Positions 48,377 through 61,251 are shown, counted from the first letter of the whole stretch. The stretch: DNA of 63,931 nucleotides, filler included, from Olpidium bornovanus S191 (GCA_017911155.1; 32 parts of 32 records of this genome joined end to end with filler, not necessarily neighbours in it), one strand, 5' to 3'. Numbers and translations: made by a program. Notes: generated by a model not told the origin, from the sequence alone.

Positions 48377-51130
48377 TGTGGTCCGGGTCTCTTTCGTTGG
48401 GGGAAGATAATGACCGACGCCGCCCGTATCCCGCAACCCGTACTTTGTCGGGTGCTCCGCCCTCGGCGGCATCGCGTGATTTGTTTGCGCTTCGAACTCA
48501 TCGCAGAACAGTGGCAAATTTTTGTCCACGAACAGAAGCATGGCCAAACGGCACACGTCCGGGCACACGAACATGTAGCTCGGATTCTGGCGTACGGCAC
48601 GCCTCCCCCCGTTTTCCTCTCCTGGTAAGCCGTCTGATTACGGGCTTCCCCGGTGGCTCGAGCGGTATATTTTACGATTGACACGCTTTTGGACGGCGTC
48701 TTGTAGGTCAGCCTCGGTTGCGCACGCCCGGTCATGCACTCGTTGAACATTTCCTGCTGCACGTTATACCGCGCATACCAGGCTCCGCCGACCGTAGGCA
48801 GTTCCCCTAGCAAGAGCATCCGATCTTCCACTCTTTGTCACATCGGTCTCTTGTGTAAATTTCGAGGGTGCCGAAATGTCGGCGACAGGAACGCATTGTG
48901 CAACATGAAGTCCATCGAAACGCAATTTCTGTTATTTCAATTGACGAACAATTTGGCCGCGCGTCGACGCGCGGCCGCGTCGTCGTTTTTGAACAAAGTG
49001 GCACCGGAGGTCAATTGCGCCTGTTCGGCTGAATCTTCCGCTTAGGGTTAGGGTTGGGGGGGGGAATCAGACGGCCCCCACACACACACACCAGAAGTCA
49101 CCCCGCTGCCCAGGCCAGGCACATCCCACCTCCCCCCCCCCACCCTCTTCACGTCCTCCGCTGCGCTCCAGGCCGCCGTCGGCAGGCAGGAAGCCGGGCA
49201 GGCCGCGGCCGAAAAGGGACGGGCAGGCCGCGGCCGAAAAGGGACGGGCGACCTCGGCAGAACCGCCCGTCACGTACGGCGCCTCTGCGGGCGGCCCGGC
49301 TTGCGTTGCTTCCTGCTGCTCGACATTTGCCGCGCGCTTCGGATCGATCTTCGGCCATCTCTCCCCTCCGTCCCGTGTCGCCCGCGCCCACGAGGCCGCC
49401 CTCCCACACCCCCTTTCCTCTCCCCTTGTCCCTCCTCCCCTCTCGGAATGCGGCGGCGGGCCCCGTCCGCCGCGGCCGTGGCGCGCAGGGCCCGGACGGC
49501 GCTGCCGGCGCCGGCGCCTGGGCGCTCGCCCGGACGGCGGTCGCAGCCAGCAAGGACCCCGCCGTCATGTACAACAACATGGTGGTGTCGCCGGACGAGC
49601 TGCCGTCGTGCTCCGGCGCCTGCTGCGAGGTGAACCGCGGCCTCTTTTTTCCCCGGCGCGCGCGACGGGCCGTACGGCGTCTCGACCGGTGAGTCGAAAG
49701 ATATTCCCGCCGCGTTCCCTTTTTTTTTGTTTTTTTTTCTTTTTTTGCTTTTTTTTTTTTTTTTTTTTTTTCGCGCGGCGGCGTTTTGCGTGCTTCGGTG
49801 GATGACTCGCCAACGCACGCGGGCGGATTTCCGACCGTCCTCGCCCCTCGCCGCCAGCCCCGCCCCCGCCCCTCCTTTCCCCCTCCCTTCCCCCGGTCGG
49901 TAGGTGTTGTCGCATGGCATCCAGGTAACGGCCGCGCCGGCCCGGATGCAGATTGCAAAATCTTGTATGTAAAACCTTGAGCCTTTGCGAAGGGCTTTCC
50001 AGCCACGTTCGCGACGCTCTCGGGCGCCATCTCCAACCCAGACGCGTCAGGAGCGAGAACTTGCCGCCCCGGAAAGTACGGAGGCACGCCCTGCACGCTA
50101 TCCCAATGCTAATAAAGCCGGTTTGAATTGCATTTAATTTCGTCTTGGTAAGATACCAGGACCGCTGAGGTATAACGGACGCATTTGCCGGCCTGTCCGC
50201 CCGACGGCAGCGTTTTCGCCAGCGCGGTTCGGCTTGCGGGGTGTTGAGGTAGTTAAGCAGAATTCAATCAATTTACGTCACAATTCCCCTTAAGGCGCAC
50301 TTCATTTAAGAGGGGGGAGAAGGGGGGGGGGGGGGTAAAAAATGTGCACGGTCGTTGACGAGGCGGCGCGGGGGCAAGGGGAGTTGCCGCCCGCCGGACG
50401 CAACGTTACGGCCGCGTGCCACTTTAGTATTTTGATGTGGCGGTCGCGGGGGGGGGCCCGTGCGAACCGTGCGATGGAGGCGGCTCCTCGTGGGCGGGAA
50501 ACCCGGGGCACGGGCCCGTAACAGTTTGGAGTAAATACGCGCGCAATTTACCTCGCGTAGCGCGCGTAACATGCCGCCGACACCATGATCAACGTGGTCC
50601 TTCCCGCCCGCCGACGTCTCTTGGGAATCGTTGTCTCTGCAGTTTCCCCCGTCTGGGAATCGCTGGCCGTGAGTCATTGCGGAAGCCTTCAACGGGAAAG
50701 CCCATCTCTCTCGCGTCTTTTCGTGCGGGAAACGACGGGTGAGGGGTTTGTTCCTTCCCTCCTTCCCCCCCTCCCTCCCCCATCGCGAACGCGCCGTCCC
50801 CCGCCCGCCCCACCAATCCCCGCGCGCCGCCGCCGCGCGACCCCCCATCACTTGCACCCGCGCGCGCTCGCCACTCCTTCGCCCCTCCCTTTCCCCCTCA
50901 TTCCCGGACACCCAGTTCCCGTTCCGGAACTTCCCCCCCCCCCTCCCCCTCCCTTCCCCGGCCGAGGGCAGGTTCCCCCGAGATGCGCCTGCGATGGGAA
51001 TTAGGAGACGGCGCGCGGCGGGACAACGGCCGCGCCGGGAAGTCGGATTACCGGGGGCCCGGCTGCCTCGTCGACCACTACGCCCCGGCGCCGGCGCCGC
51101 GCGCCGCGCTCGACGCCCCGCGCGAGGCGA

Positions 51131-51176
<46 letters not shown>

Positions 51177-51554
51177 GGATGAGGAGGAGGAGGAGGAGGA
51201 GGATGTAACGCGGCGCTTCCGCCACCGGGCGTCGTTCCGCAGCACGCCCATTTTCCCGAGCTTCTCGAAGCGCGAGGTCCGGGAGCCGTGCGGCTGCTGG
51301 GTCCGGGAGCCCGGCGCCGGAGCGGCGGAAAAGCGCAAGAGAGCCCCGCCGTTTGACGCCGCCGCCGCGGACGAAAAAGGTGTCGGAACAGGAGAATTCA
51401 CGGGCGCAAATCCCCCTTCCACCCCTTTCCCCGCTTCCCCCCTCCCCCCCTCCCNNNNNNNNNNNNNNNNNNNNNNNNNNNNNNNNNNNNNNNNNNNNTT
51501 AATTAATTAANNNNNNNNNNNNNNNNNNNNNNNNNNNNNNNNNNNNNNNNNNNN

Positions 51555-51593
<39 letters not shown>

Positions 51594-51664
51594 GGCAAAA
51601 ATAAAGGACAAAAAAAAACCCCTACCGGGGGAGGGGAGGGGGGAGGGTGGGGGGGAGAGGGCCT

Positions 51665-51863
51665 ACCAGGCCTGGACGGGCTGCAGCAGCATCTGCTGCA
51701 GCGCGTCGCGGTGGTGCAGGTGTTGGTGGCCGCCGCCGCCGTGGTGGTGGGGGTGGTGGGGGTGGTTGGGGCTGGCCTGCGGGAGGAGGTGGTGGTGGTG
51801 GTGGTGGTGTTGGCGGTGGCCGTGCAGGCGGCGATGCTTCCCGCCGCCCGACGTCGCGCCCAT
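51665..51863 (-). CDS. His-rich first exon of a hypothetical protein
   Basis: MGATSGGGKHRRLHGHRQHHHHHHHLLPQASPNHPHHPHHHGGGGHQHLHHRDALQQMLLQPVQA, followed by a GTAGGC donor. Confidence 0.45.
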
Positions 51864-53203
51864 GGCGGATGCGTGGCCTGGGCTGGTTTGGCCGGGAAGG
51901 CGGCCGGAGCCGGTTTTGGGGTCTCCCAGTCCCGGAGCATATCAGGTCACGTGAAGGTCACGGGCGGGGCGCCCCGCCTCTGCGCATTCCGCCCTCCGCC
52001 CGCAATTTAAGGGTTCCGTCGCCGTCGTTTCCCGCTTCCGCCGCAACGCTCTTCCCGCTCCCCGATCTTCCCCCGGGGCGAGCCCCCCCGCCTCCGAAGC
52101 CGCCGCCTCCGAAGCCGCCGCCCGCCGCCGCCGCCGCCGCACCGCGGCCAGCTGCCCTTTTCGGGTGTTGCCGCCTCGCCCAAAGACCTCGATCCCTGCT
52201 CCCAACGCTGTGGTAGCGGCTTCGAAAATCCACGCGAGCGCCCGGCAGGCGTAGGGGCGCCTGCTGCGGCGGTTTTCCGGCTCCCACCCCCAGTCGTTGC
52301 TTGCTCCCCCATCCCCAACCTACCCCGCCCGCCCCGCCTCCCTTGAGAGAGCAAGGGAGAAAGCCAACCGGTACGCTGCCGGCGCGGCGGTCGTTCCCTC
52401 TTTCCTGGGGCGCCCCGCGGTGCTCGGCCGGGTGCGCCGAAAAGTTGACCCGGCGAAGAAAAGCCCCGGCCCGCACCGTGCGCGCGGTGTTGGCTGTTGC
52501 GAAAAGCCCCTCCACGGGGGGCCACACGCATACATCACTGCTGACCCGCACTGTTGTTTCCTTGCTGTGTTCGCAGCGTTCCGCCCGTTCCTACGCAGCA
52601 CAACCCTATCCTGAAACCGCATGCCAGGACCCGTCGCTCGTCCGCGCCACCGCACCACACCACTTCCCCGTACGCACGCGCACCAAAGTGCACTGTCTCT
52701 TTCCATTCGTGTCTGTCGTTTTCTGCACCGGAAGGGGAGGGAGCGCCCTCCCCACTCCCATTTCCGCCGGAGAGATGTGGACCGGCATTGCTTGCACCGT
52801 TACAGTCGGGCCGCCTCCAAACCCGCACTCTCCTCACCGTCCTCGTCACCTGCCTCCATCCTCGCGCGTCTTCAAAACACCCTCGCCCTCGGACGAATAT
52901 CTCTCCGCTTCTCCGTTTCCGCTGCCAGATTAGCCTCCCGAACGCGCCGAGCCTCCCCGGTCCAGCACCCGAATTCCACTACCCGGATACCTGGTTTGCA
53001 CCCGCCACCGCACGGAATCCACACCTCGCACTTTTCGGGCATTGCACCTCTGAACGTTAGCTTCAAACCGCTTCCTTCTGGTCTCCCAAACTCAGACGCG
53101 AGCGACGCCGGCTCGCCCAGATACTTGAGCGTTTCTCGGCTCGCGAAGCCCGCGCACGCCCTTTTGACGCACGCCGCGCCCTACCCCGTGCAGCGCCGTC
53201 CGC

Positions 53204-53623
53204 ATGTCCGACAACGAAGGTCAACTTGGAGGTGACCCTCGCAAGCGCGGGCTGGACGTGGACGACGACTCCTCCGACCACGACAGGCAGAATTCACGGC
53301 ACGGCAACAAGCGGCCGGCCCTGGACGAGGAGAAACGCGGTGACCCAGAGGACAGCGGCCAGCACTATGATTACAACGCCGCCGCACCCTCGTCCGCGCC
53401 GGGGGCGGAGAACGAAATCCAACCGCTCTCCGCGTCCGTTCCAATTGACGACGGTGGCGAAGCAAACAGGGTCCAACCTCTGGTCAGCCCCACAGTGCAG
53501 CCCATGCGCGCCCTCGTCTCGACCAAGGACGCGGGAATCATCATCGGCCGGGGGGGAAAGAACGTCAGCGATGTCAGGGAGCGGTCCAGCGCCAGAATCA
53601 CCATATCGGAGATGATTCCCGGC
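53204..53623 (+). CDS. KH-domain RNA-binding protein (Pbp2/Hek2, PCBP/hnRNP K-like), N-terminal part
   Basis: Acidic N-terminus, then MRALVSTKDAGIIIGRGGKNVSDVRERSSARITISEMIPG (KH domain GxxG loop). Confidence 0.88.
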
Positions 53624-53876
53624 NNNNNNNNNNNNNNNNNNNNNNNNNNNNNNNNNNNNNNNNNNNNTTAATTAATTAANNNNNNNNNNNNNNNNNNNNN
53701 NNNNNNNNNNNNNNNNNNNNNNNGCGGCGATATGATATCCTTCTGCTGCGGTCAAAGGCCCTATTGGTTATCCGTTGCGGCGAAGAAACCAAACCGTTTC
53801 CCTTCACACTGCCCCTCCGTCTCGATTCAGGTTTTCTTTCCATGACGATCTGACCGTACCCATCCTCGCCGGCAGG

Positions 53877-55143
53877 TTGGACTCCGAGACAGCGAAATGC
53901 AGAGACCTCACGTTGCGAGTGGAGGACCTTCAACACACCGTCTCCATGGTCCGTAGCCACAAGCAGCCGAACTATCCATCGACGGTCCCGACCTGAGAAG
54001 CTGCCGACCAGATGATCTTATTTGTTTTCACCAATCCCAGCAAGGCGAGCTCAAAGGTAGACTTGCGGACGTGCAAGCCGCTCATACGGCTCAGCAAGCG
54101 CTGGTGCAGAAGCTGCAGGAACGCCTGAAAGCCGCGGCCAAATACCGCACGACGATCAAAAAGCAAGAATTGGTCATACAGAAGTACGAGGAGTTTTTTA
54201 AGGGGGCGCTCACTGCGCAACAAAAAGGTATCGATCCAGGACCAAGCGTCGCCTTCGTGCTGTCCTAGAATCGCACACGCCTCAACCGCCTCGGTTTGTC
54301 GATGCAGAAGCTTGTGAAGCTTTGGTAGCCAACGTGCGAGCAGACCCTGCCAAGGATGTTCGCCACGAGGATCATCAACGTGCCCAGAACGTCGCACCCC
54401 CTCATAGCGAACGAGCTCGATCGCCGCCCCGTAACCGCACTGAGGAACCTCGTGCGCGATCTGCTGATCGAGGGTCAAGCTCTGGTCAAATTAAAGCATC
54501 GTTACAGCGGAGAGAAGAGACTATTTTGCCAGTCGGATATCTTAATCACCGCGTACGTCGCGGCCACTTCTGTTCGTCGGCGCCGCTGCACGTGTGCTGC
54601 CCTCCCACCCCCTCTCCATCCGCTTCTTGACGGAATATGCGTCGCGTTGCGCGTCCGCAGACTCACGCGTCAGATCCTTTGGACGAAGTGGCGCCACCGA
54701 TTCTTGCGACGGATGACGTCGAGATTCTTAAACTGCTCCTGCGCGCCGAGAAGGCGGAAGCGAGGGCGGCAGCTTTGGAAAAGGAGGTACGCCGATTTTT
54801 GAGCTTGAAGCTTTGCGCGGGAAAAGTGTTCTTTAACCGCGGCGAGAGTCGTCGCCTCTCTCCGGTTGGGGACATTGTAGGGGAAAGGAAGGGAGGGGGG
54901 GGAAAGGAAAAGAGGACTTGATCCCAGTCGACTTCGGGGTCCGGGCGCTATCCCGCACCGCCACTGACGTGACAATCGTTCCGGGGCCCCGGACTGCAGC
55001 TGATTGGAAGCGCGAAGACGTACGGGCGACAGATAGCTGATTTGAGCATGCAACTGGAAGAGCGCGGCGGGCAGGCGAGGCCCGTACCGCAGCCGGAGCC
55101 GCCCCTTTGGCGGACGACCCAGCCGCCGCTGTACAACCTCCAG
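53877..55143 (+). CDS. CCDC33-like coiled-coil protein, C-terminal exons
   Basis: VQAAHTAQQALVQKLQERLKAAAKYRTTIKKQELVIQKYEEFF and LRAEKAEARAAALEKE|LIGSAKTYGRQIADLSMQLEE resemble the CCDC33 C-terminus as recalled (Q.AH..Q...LQK.Q......Y..T...QE.VI.K.E; AE.R..ALE.QL..NA...GRE). Confidence 0.5.
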
Positions 55144-55797
55144 GTAGGATGGTTCCCCGGAAGAAGGTTTGTTATTTGTCAATTGTTTGGAGAAGCTTCC
55201 GACGAGCAGTCTAGCTTCGCCCCCCCCCCCCNNNNNNNNNNNNNNNNNNNNNNNNNNNNNNNNNNNNNNNNNNNNTTAATTAATTAANNNNNNNNNNNNN
55301 NNNNNNNNNNNNNNNNNNNNNNNNNNNNNNNCATGTCGTGTTGATGTTCGAGGGAGAACGGCTGTGTACTTTTCCCAACAATATACCCAATACTGTAACA
55401 GAAAAAAACAAAAACGGCCCGTGGCTCCAGACTTGAAATCCGGGAGCCAGACAAAAGCCCGGGATCTATTGTGGGTGCGCCGCCTCTGCTGCCACCGGTT
55501 GCTAGACCCGAATACACGACGGAACTCGCAGGGTTCGACGCTCCTGGAGGAAAAAAAAAACTGAAGGGGAATCAGGCGAGCATTTTCCGGGAAAACTGAT
55601 TTCGGCTCATTCAGTACATGTGATGACATCCGTCGCAAACAGATTGGCAAAGTGCTTTTGGAAACCATGCGACGGCGAAACGTCGCGCCGCATCTGTCTT
55701 CCTAGTAGCCTACCTTGCCCATCCCCCCCGTACTAAGAAGGAGGGCAGGTGACTCACACTCGAATGACGCGCCATCGCACAAACCACATTCCAGACG

Positions 55798-56544
55798 TTA
55801 TGAACTCCACTGCGGGGCCGCCCCCCTGCGCTTGTAGCGGATGACCTTCATGATCTCGGGCCAGATCGCCTCCTGCCAGTACCACAGCTCGTGGTACTGG
55901 TTGCCAGCAACGTGCTTCACGACGCGGCACCTGGAGCAGGGCGGGTGGGTGATCCGGCGTGTCTCCGTTAGGGCGCCCACCCCGTCCGCATCAGTCGGTC
56001 CCCTCTGCACGTATTGGTACGTCGTGCCATCGGGGTCAAGCGCCAGGAATGTTGTGTACAACTCGTCGGCGTCCCCCGCTGCGGCGGAGGTGATCGACGA
56101 CGAGATGGAGGAGGCCGGCTTCGGGAACGGATGTCCCGTAAACGACACTCTCTCGAACCTGCCCAGCAGTTCCCACACGGCGCCGGGTCTGACGGGGATC
56201 TGGGTGCCGTTCTCCGGGTATTGGAACGTGCCGACGGTGAGGTGGCGCAGTCTCGTCAGGCGCCCGGGCTCCAGCCACTCAAAGCAAGCATCGGTCACGC
56301 CGGCCTGCTCGAGCCAAAGGCACTCCAGCCCTCGCGCACTGTCGGCAAGGACGCGCACACCGGAGTCCGTGACCTGGGGGTGATGATGAAGTCTTAGGCA
56401 GCGGAGACCCGAAATGTAGGGGGCGGCCAGCGCCAACGCGCGGTCGCTCAGCGAGGCGACGCTCAAATCAAAGCGCGTGTTGCTGCCGATGTGCAGGTCG
56501 GCAGTAATCGCCAACGTTGAGAGCTTGGGGTTGTTCATGAGTAA
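55798..56544 (-). CDS. Leucine-rich repeat (RNI/F-box-LRR-like) protein, last exon
   Basis: LSDRALALAAPYISGLRCLRLHHHPQVTDSGVRVLADSARGLECLWLEQAGVTDACFEWL; LRR-CC type repeats. Confidence 0.7.
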   Translation of the reverse strand, partial: LLMNNPKLSTLAITADLHIGSNTRFDLSVASLSDRALALAAPYISGLRCLRLHHHPQVTDSGVRVLADSARGLECLWLEQAGVTDACFEWLEPGRLTRLRHLTVGTFQYPENGTQIPVRPGAVWELLGRFERVSFTGHPFPKPASSISSSITSAAAGDADELYTTFLALDPDGTTYQYVQRGPTDADGVGALTETRRITHPPCSRCRVVKHVAGNQYHELWYWQEAIWPEIMKVIRYKRRGAAPQWSS

Positions 56545-56947
56545 CTGAGGAAACCATGCTGCCGGAAGCGCAAACCAGTGCGTCAAACGGGGAGTCAACC
56601 GCCCGCGTAGGGACGACCGTCTCATCACGTCGACGACCAGCTGGTGCTGCCGAACGCACCTGCGCTGTCGATCCANNNNNNNNNNNNNNNNNNNNNNNNN
56701 NNNNNNNNNNNNNNNNNNNTTAATTAATTAANNNNNNNNNNNNNNNNNNNNNNNNNNNNNNNNNNNNNNNNNNNNCATGCAGCTGCGCAAGTTCCAGAGC
56801 GGCCTCCTCTGCGTCGAGTCTCATATCCTTGCTTTTTTTTATTTCGTTCGAAGAGGGGCCGCGCGAAAAGCCGAGACGCGCAGTTTCTCATCTCTGACAT
56901 CCTCGCGGCCTCGTTTGGCACCCTCCGCGTGAATTACTCTCGAGAAG

Positions 56948-57443
56948 CGACCAGGCGACGGCGCAGAAATTCCTGGAGCACATACGCCAGAAGGGCCCTC
57001 TCACCGCCATCGACGCCGCCTGCCTGGAGGGGTGCTCTGTGGCGCTGAGCACAGAACAGCTGCTGGTGAGCGCTTTTGGGATCGCCTTCCCTTTTCTTAA
57101 AGCAAGCAAAACGTGTCTGTTTCCGGGTTCTTCCCTCTTCCCACTCCGCCTTCTCCCCCTTCCTCTTCCTCTTCCCCCCCCCCCCCCCCCCCTCCCCCTC
57201 CCCCTCCCCCCCCCCCCTCCCCTCTTCACTCCCGCTTGGTTTTTGCCTGTAATCGTTTTAACGGCAGACCAAATTTTTCAGATCGCAGAGGGCCAGGGCG
57301 TACTCTGCCGCGACGATTCCGTCGAAGGATTGAGGTTCTACGAGAACCTGATAAGCTCCGGGGGGATGTCGGGACGAGCAGACCCCGGTTCGGCGGCGCA
57401 TGACCACCCGGACGCGGACGCCTTTTCTTCCGCAGCAACGTGA
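56948..57443 (+). CDS. VPS36: ESCRT-II subunit Vps36, last exons
   Basis: KGPLTAIDAACLEGCSVALSTEQLL|IAEGQGVLCRDDSVEGLRFYENL matches the Vps36 C-terminal pattern LTA...A...G.S..LA.E.L..AE..G.LCRD.S.EG..FY.N. Confidence 0.85.
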
Positions 57444-58184
57444 CGACTCGACCTTGGCCGTTTCGCGAACGGGCACTGTCAGGTACGGTCGTGGAAAGCG
57501 CCTGGCGGCGTGGGGAGCAAAAGACCGGCTGACGGTGCGGCTGGCGGAACCAGGGCGGCTCAACGAAAACCCCGCCGTTCTTTTTTCCCCTGCAGGATCA
57601 CGCTAGTCGCCCGCGCCCTCTCCTAAGCTCGCTGTAACTGATTGCAAACATCTCGTCAACCAGTTCCAGCCCCGCGTCGATCTCACCTACTAGCCCTGAC
57701 ACCCACACATCCACCACCACCACCGCCGCCGCCACCACGTCGACCCTTCTCGGTGTTGGGGGTCTTGGATTTCCGTCCAGGCTATAAATCAACGCTATTA
57801 CAGTTACCGCCCCCAATCCCATGCCCCGCGACAGGTGTCGATGGCGCGGCAAAGAGCTTGTAAGACAACCGTAATACAGCTATGTTCTCCGGACCGCACG
57901 CGGCAGCCTCTCGACGAAAAATAAAAAAGGAAGGAACGAGGAGCCTCGGGAGGTCACAAAACGACCGCGCGGAAGAATCTGACCGAAGGAACCGGTTTTT
58001 CCGCTTTGCGGAAATCGTCAGGAATTAGCCGCCAGCGGCATCGCAAAAGATTAAGGGGCGGGGAAAAGGAGGGAAGAAGGGTGGGGGAGGAGAGAGGTGG
58101 TAAAAGCGATCCAAAAGGGAAAGCGAGAGAGAGAGAGAGAGTGCGGCACCGCCCGCGCGCGCGCGAGTGCCGCCGCATTGTTCA

Positions 58185-58678
58185 TCAGATCCTCTGCACG
58201 TAGGTTGCTGGAAACAGGCCGCTCAGGCCGCGCTCGTTCGTGGCTTCGGCCCAGCCTTCTCCGCAGTCCCAGTTGGTGACGTACACCGTTTCGCCGACCT
58301 CGAGGGGAAGGTCCCCTTCCGTGGACCATTCGAACCTGTACAGAGCCGTGGCCGGGTCGCCCTGAAATTGGGCGGGCGCGGTCGCGGCGTCGTCTGCGAG
58401 GAGCGGGAGACGGCGGCACGACGAATTTGCGCGATAATGTGAGCAGCCGGGAGAAGGAGGGGGGGACCCCGACAGAAGCGAGGGGGCCCGTTTGCCAACA
58501 AAACCGCGTGTTCTTCACCTGCGGCCGGAGACGAGGGCAGTCCTCCCGCGTACGTGCCGTCTTCTTTCGATGAATGTCGCTGCGCAGGCTCCTCTGCGAA
58601 ACCAAGCTCCGGCACCGGCTCGTTGATCGGCAGGGGGATCGGGAGCGGGATGGGAACCGGCTGGGCGAGCGGCGGACC
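58185..58678 (-). CDS. Protein with a Pro-rich segment and C-terminal SH3 domain (last exons)
   Basis: Last exon 58361-58185 GDPATALYRFEWSTEGDLPLEVGETVYVTNWDCGEGWAEATNERGLSGLFPATYVQRI* has the SH3 ALY.F...E.L.L..G....GW...GLFP..YV pattern. An upstream exon reads PPLAQPVPIPLPIPLPINEPVPE. Confidence 0.85.
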
Positions 58679-58820
58679 TTCAACGGTCGAAACAGGAGGG
58701 GCGCGAGGGAGGGGGGCGGGGGGGAAAAGGGGCGTGGAGGATACACCGGCAGTTCCGAAAACGAGTTAATAAAGGAAAGGCTCCACCACAAAACGGCGGA
58801 AATCAAAATTTGCACACTCG

Positions 58821-58855
<35 letters not shown>

Positions 58856-58885
58856 GGGCGGCCCCCCCCCCCCCCCCCCCCCCTT

Positions 58886-58952
<67 letters not shown>

Positions 58953-60200
58953 CGGGGCGAGNNNNNNNNNNNNNNNNNNNNNNNNNNNNNNNNNNNNNNN
59001 NNNNNTTAATTAATTAANNNNNNNNNNNNNNNNNNNNNNNNNNNNNNNNNNNNNNNNNNNNGGCGAGTGCCGGCCGCATTTTAGGGCAGCTAGCTCACGT
59101 GGGCACACACTTCTCTATTCTGTTTACACGACGAGCAGGGAAAAGGGCTGAGTCTGTAATGGGATGTGAGGGGTTTTGCATGTACACACCACGGTACTGT
59201 ACACACTGTGCCCCTCGCAAGGTACGAACCTCTAAACCACAGCCCAGAAATTGTCCACCCGCTAGGCCAGAAAACGCATGGGGATCGCAGCGAATTTTTT
59301 CTTCTCCTTTTTTTGGCCGCGCACGGCGACGAGAGGTGGTCCACGGCTGCGGTTGCCCCGCGAAACGAAGCTGTTGCTCCTGTGGCACACCGCCCGCGCG
59401 CGGACCTTAGCGCAACGAAAAGGATGCATTTTTTCCCCTCTTGGTCCCCGCCACATATGCCGTCGTCCGGCAGCGGGGCGTACGGGGTCGCGCTACGGCT
59501 GGAAATACGTACTATTACCACCGCGTTCGGCCGGGCTAAGCCCAAATACATACTAAACGACCCGGGGCAGGGAGGGATGCACGCCTACGTTCCTCCACAG
59601 ACTCGCATTGCGTACGGTGGTTTCACGCGCTGTTTAAGCGCGCGCGTGCGCATTCCGGACGCCCCGAGATTGTGAATTATATTTTCAGAGGCGCTTCGGA
59701 GATCAAACATTCTCAACCCCCACCCATTACCGGATCGTACGCTGTGCGTACTTCATCACGTCGCGGACCCCTGGGCCGGGGTGGGGCAGGTGCTGCCCTT
59801 ATTATTCCCGCGCCGTAAGGTTTGGGTTCTACAAAAGAAATCAGTGGATTTTGGAGAAACTCCGTTACCGAAAGCCCCATACAAAAAGCGCAACACCAAG
59901 TCCCATACACGTGTCACTTGTACGCTGTCGCTCGGCACGACGGGGCGGCATGGGGCAGAGATTGGTGTCGAGAGCGAAGGTAAAAAGCGCGGATGCGAAA
60001 ACGCCGTGTTTTTGTTGTGTGTCCCGGGTGTTTTCTATTTATTTTTTGGTGTTTTTCTATTTATTTTTTTTTTGGAGCCTGCGCCTGGAACGAAAGGGCG
60101 GCCCCCTGGCGCCCTGGCGCCAAAAGGCCGAACTTCAAACCCTTTCCTTCCCTTCCGCTCGTGGGAGAAGAAAAACGAAAGTCGGAAAGAAAAATCAGCC

Positions 60201-60246
60201 ATGGGCAAGATCTTCAAGGCCGGCAAGGTGGGCGGGCGAAGCAGGG

Positions 60247-60282
<36 letters not shown>

Positions 60283-61251
60283 AGAGAGAGAGACGAATAG
60301 AGACAGCGAGAGCGGGAAAGAACGCCGTGCGGAACGGGTCGAACCTCCCGGGACGGCAGGAAGATTCTCAGTCCAACGGAAAAACGACCGCGTCCGCAGG
60401 CGGCGTGCGCACAAACCGTCCAATTGGCGGGTTGGCCACGCGTTTTCGTCTGCCGACGTCATTACCGCCCGCCCCTCCTTTCCTTGGGGGCTGGCACGAC
60501 TTGGACGACAACGCCCAACACGATGGACGTCTTTCTGGCCGTCTCCGGAGCGGCAGTCTGCGCCTGCGACGAGCCTCCTGAGCACCCCCCCCCTTTCCAA
60601 CCCCTGCCGGCTGCGCGTTGTTTCCTGTTCGCTGAAAGCAGAACTCCTGCGCCGTCCGTTTCGACGCGCCGTTCCAGGTCGTGGTTGTCCTGCAGGGCCG
60701 CTATGCTGGCAAGAAGGCCGTCGTGCTGAAGAACTACGACGAGGGCACCAAGGAGCGTAAATACGGCCACGCCCTCGTCGCGGGCATCGAGCGCTACCCG
60801 CTACCTATAACCCGCCGCATGGGCAAGAAAAAGGCCGCCCGCCGGTCCCGCATCAAGCCGTTTATTAAGGCTGTCAACTACAACCACGTGATGCCCACCA
60901 GGTAACTGAGCGGCGCGCCCCATGCACAGCTTGAAGGGGGTGTTGCCCGAGGTTCTTCCCCCCCCCCCCCCCCCGAGCCCCGCCTGACTCGACGACTGTT
61001 TCTGGCGCGAAACCACCAGGTACGGTATTGAGGTCGATAAACTTAAGCAGGCCGTCACCCCCGAAATTTTCAACGAGCCGACGCAGCGAGTCGCTGCCAG
61101 GAAGGCCATCAAGAGATTGTTCGAGGAGCGGTATGTTTGCGTTGCAACGAGTCTTTCCTTACTATAAACCCCTTCTGAACGGTTCCGTACGTTGGGCTGC
61201 AGGTACACGTCCGGCCAGAACTCCTGGTTCTTTGAGAAGCTCCGTTTCTAA
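60201..61251 (+). CDS. RPL27: 60S ribosomal protein eL27 (complete)
   Basis: Exons 60201-60227, 60678-60901, 61020-61130, 61203-61251: MGKIFKAGK|[15 protein letters not shown]...[17 protein letters not shown]|YGIEV...LFEER|[15 protein letters not shown]. Confidence 0.98.

Noticed and set aside
48955-48976. Perfect 22-bp palindrome GGCCGCGCGTCGACGCGCGGCC
   Set aside because: Single, almost all G/C, with no associated feature; could be chance or a small amplification fold-back.
49042-49059. TTAGGG x2 plus TTGGGG as an interstitial telomere
   Set aside because: Only two perfect units, grading into a G-run; can arise by chance in G-rich intronic DNA.
49440-50075. Plus-strand exons (KDPAVMYNNMVVSPDELPSCSGACCE, VLSHGIQ) of a possible gene
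   Set aside because: Splice signals suggest coding sequence, but frame and family could not be established.
50983-51330. RNase H2 subunit C-like exon (KSDYRGPGCLVDHY...SFR...EVREPCGCWVRE)
   Set aside because: Similarity is too weak to call without a profile search.
60515-60582. Intronic C/D snoRNA in RPL27 intron 1
   Set aside because: Box C is only a poor match (CGATGGA), the terminal stem is weak, and no rRNA guide complementarity was recognised.
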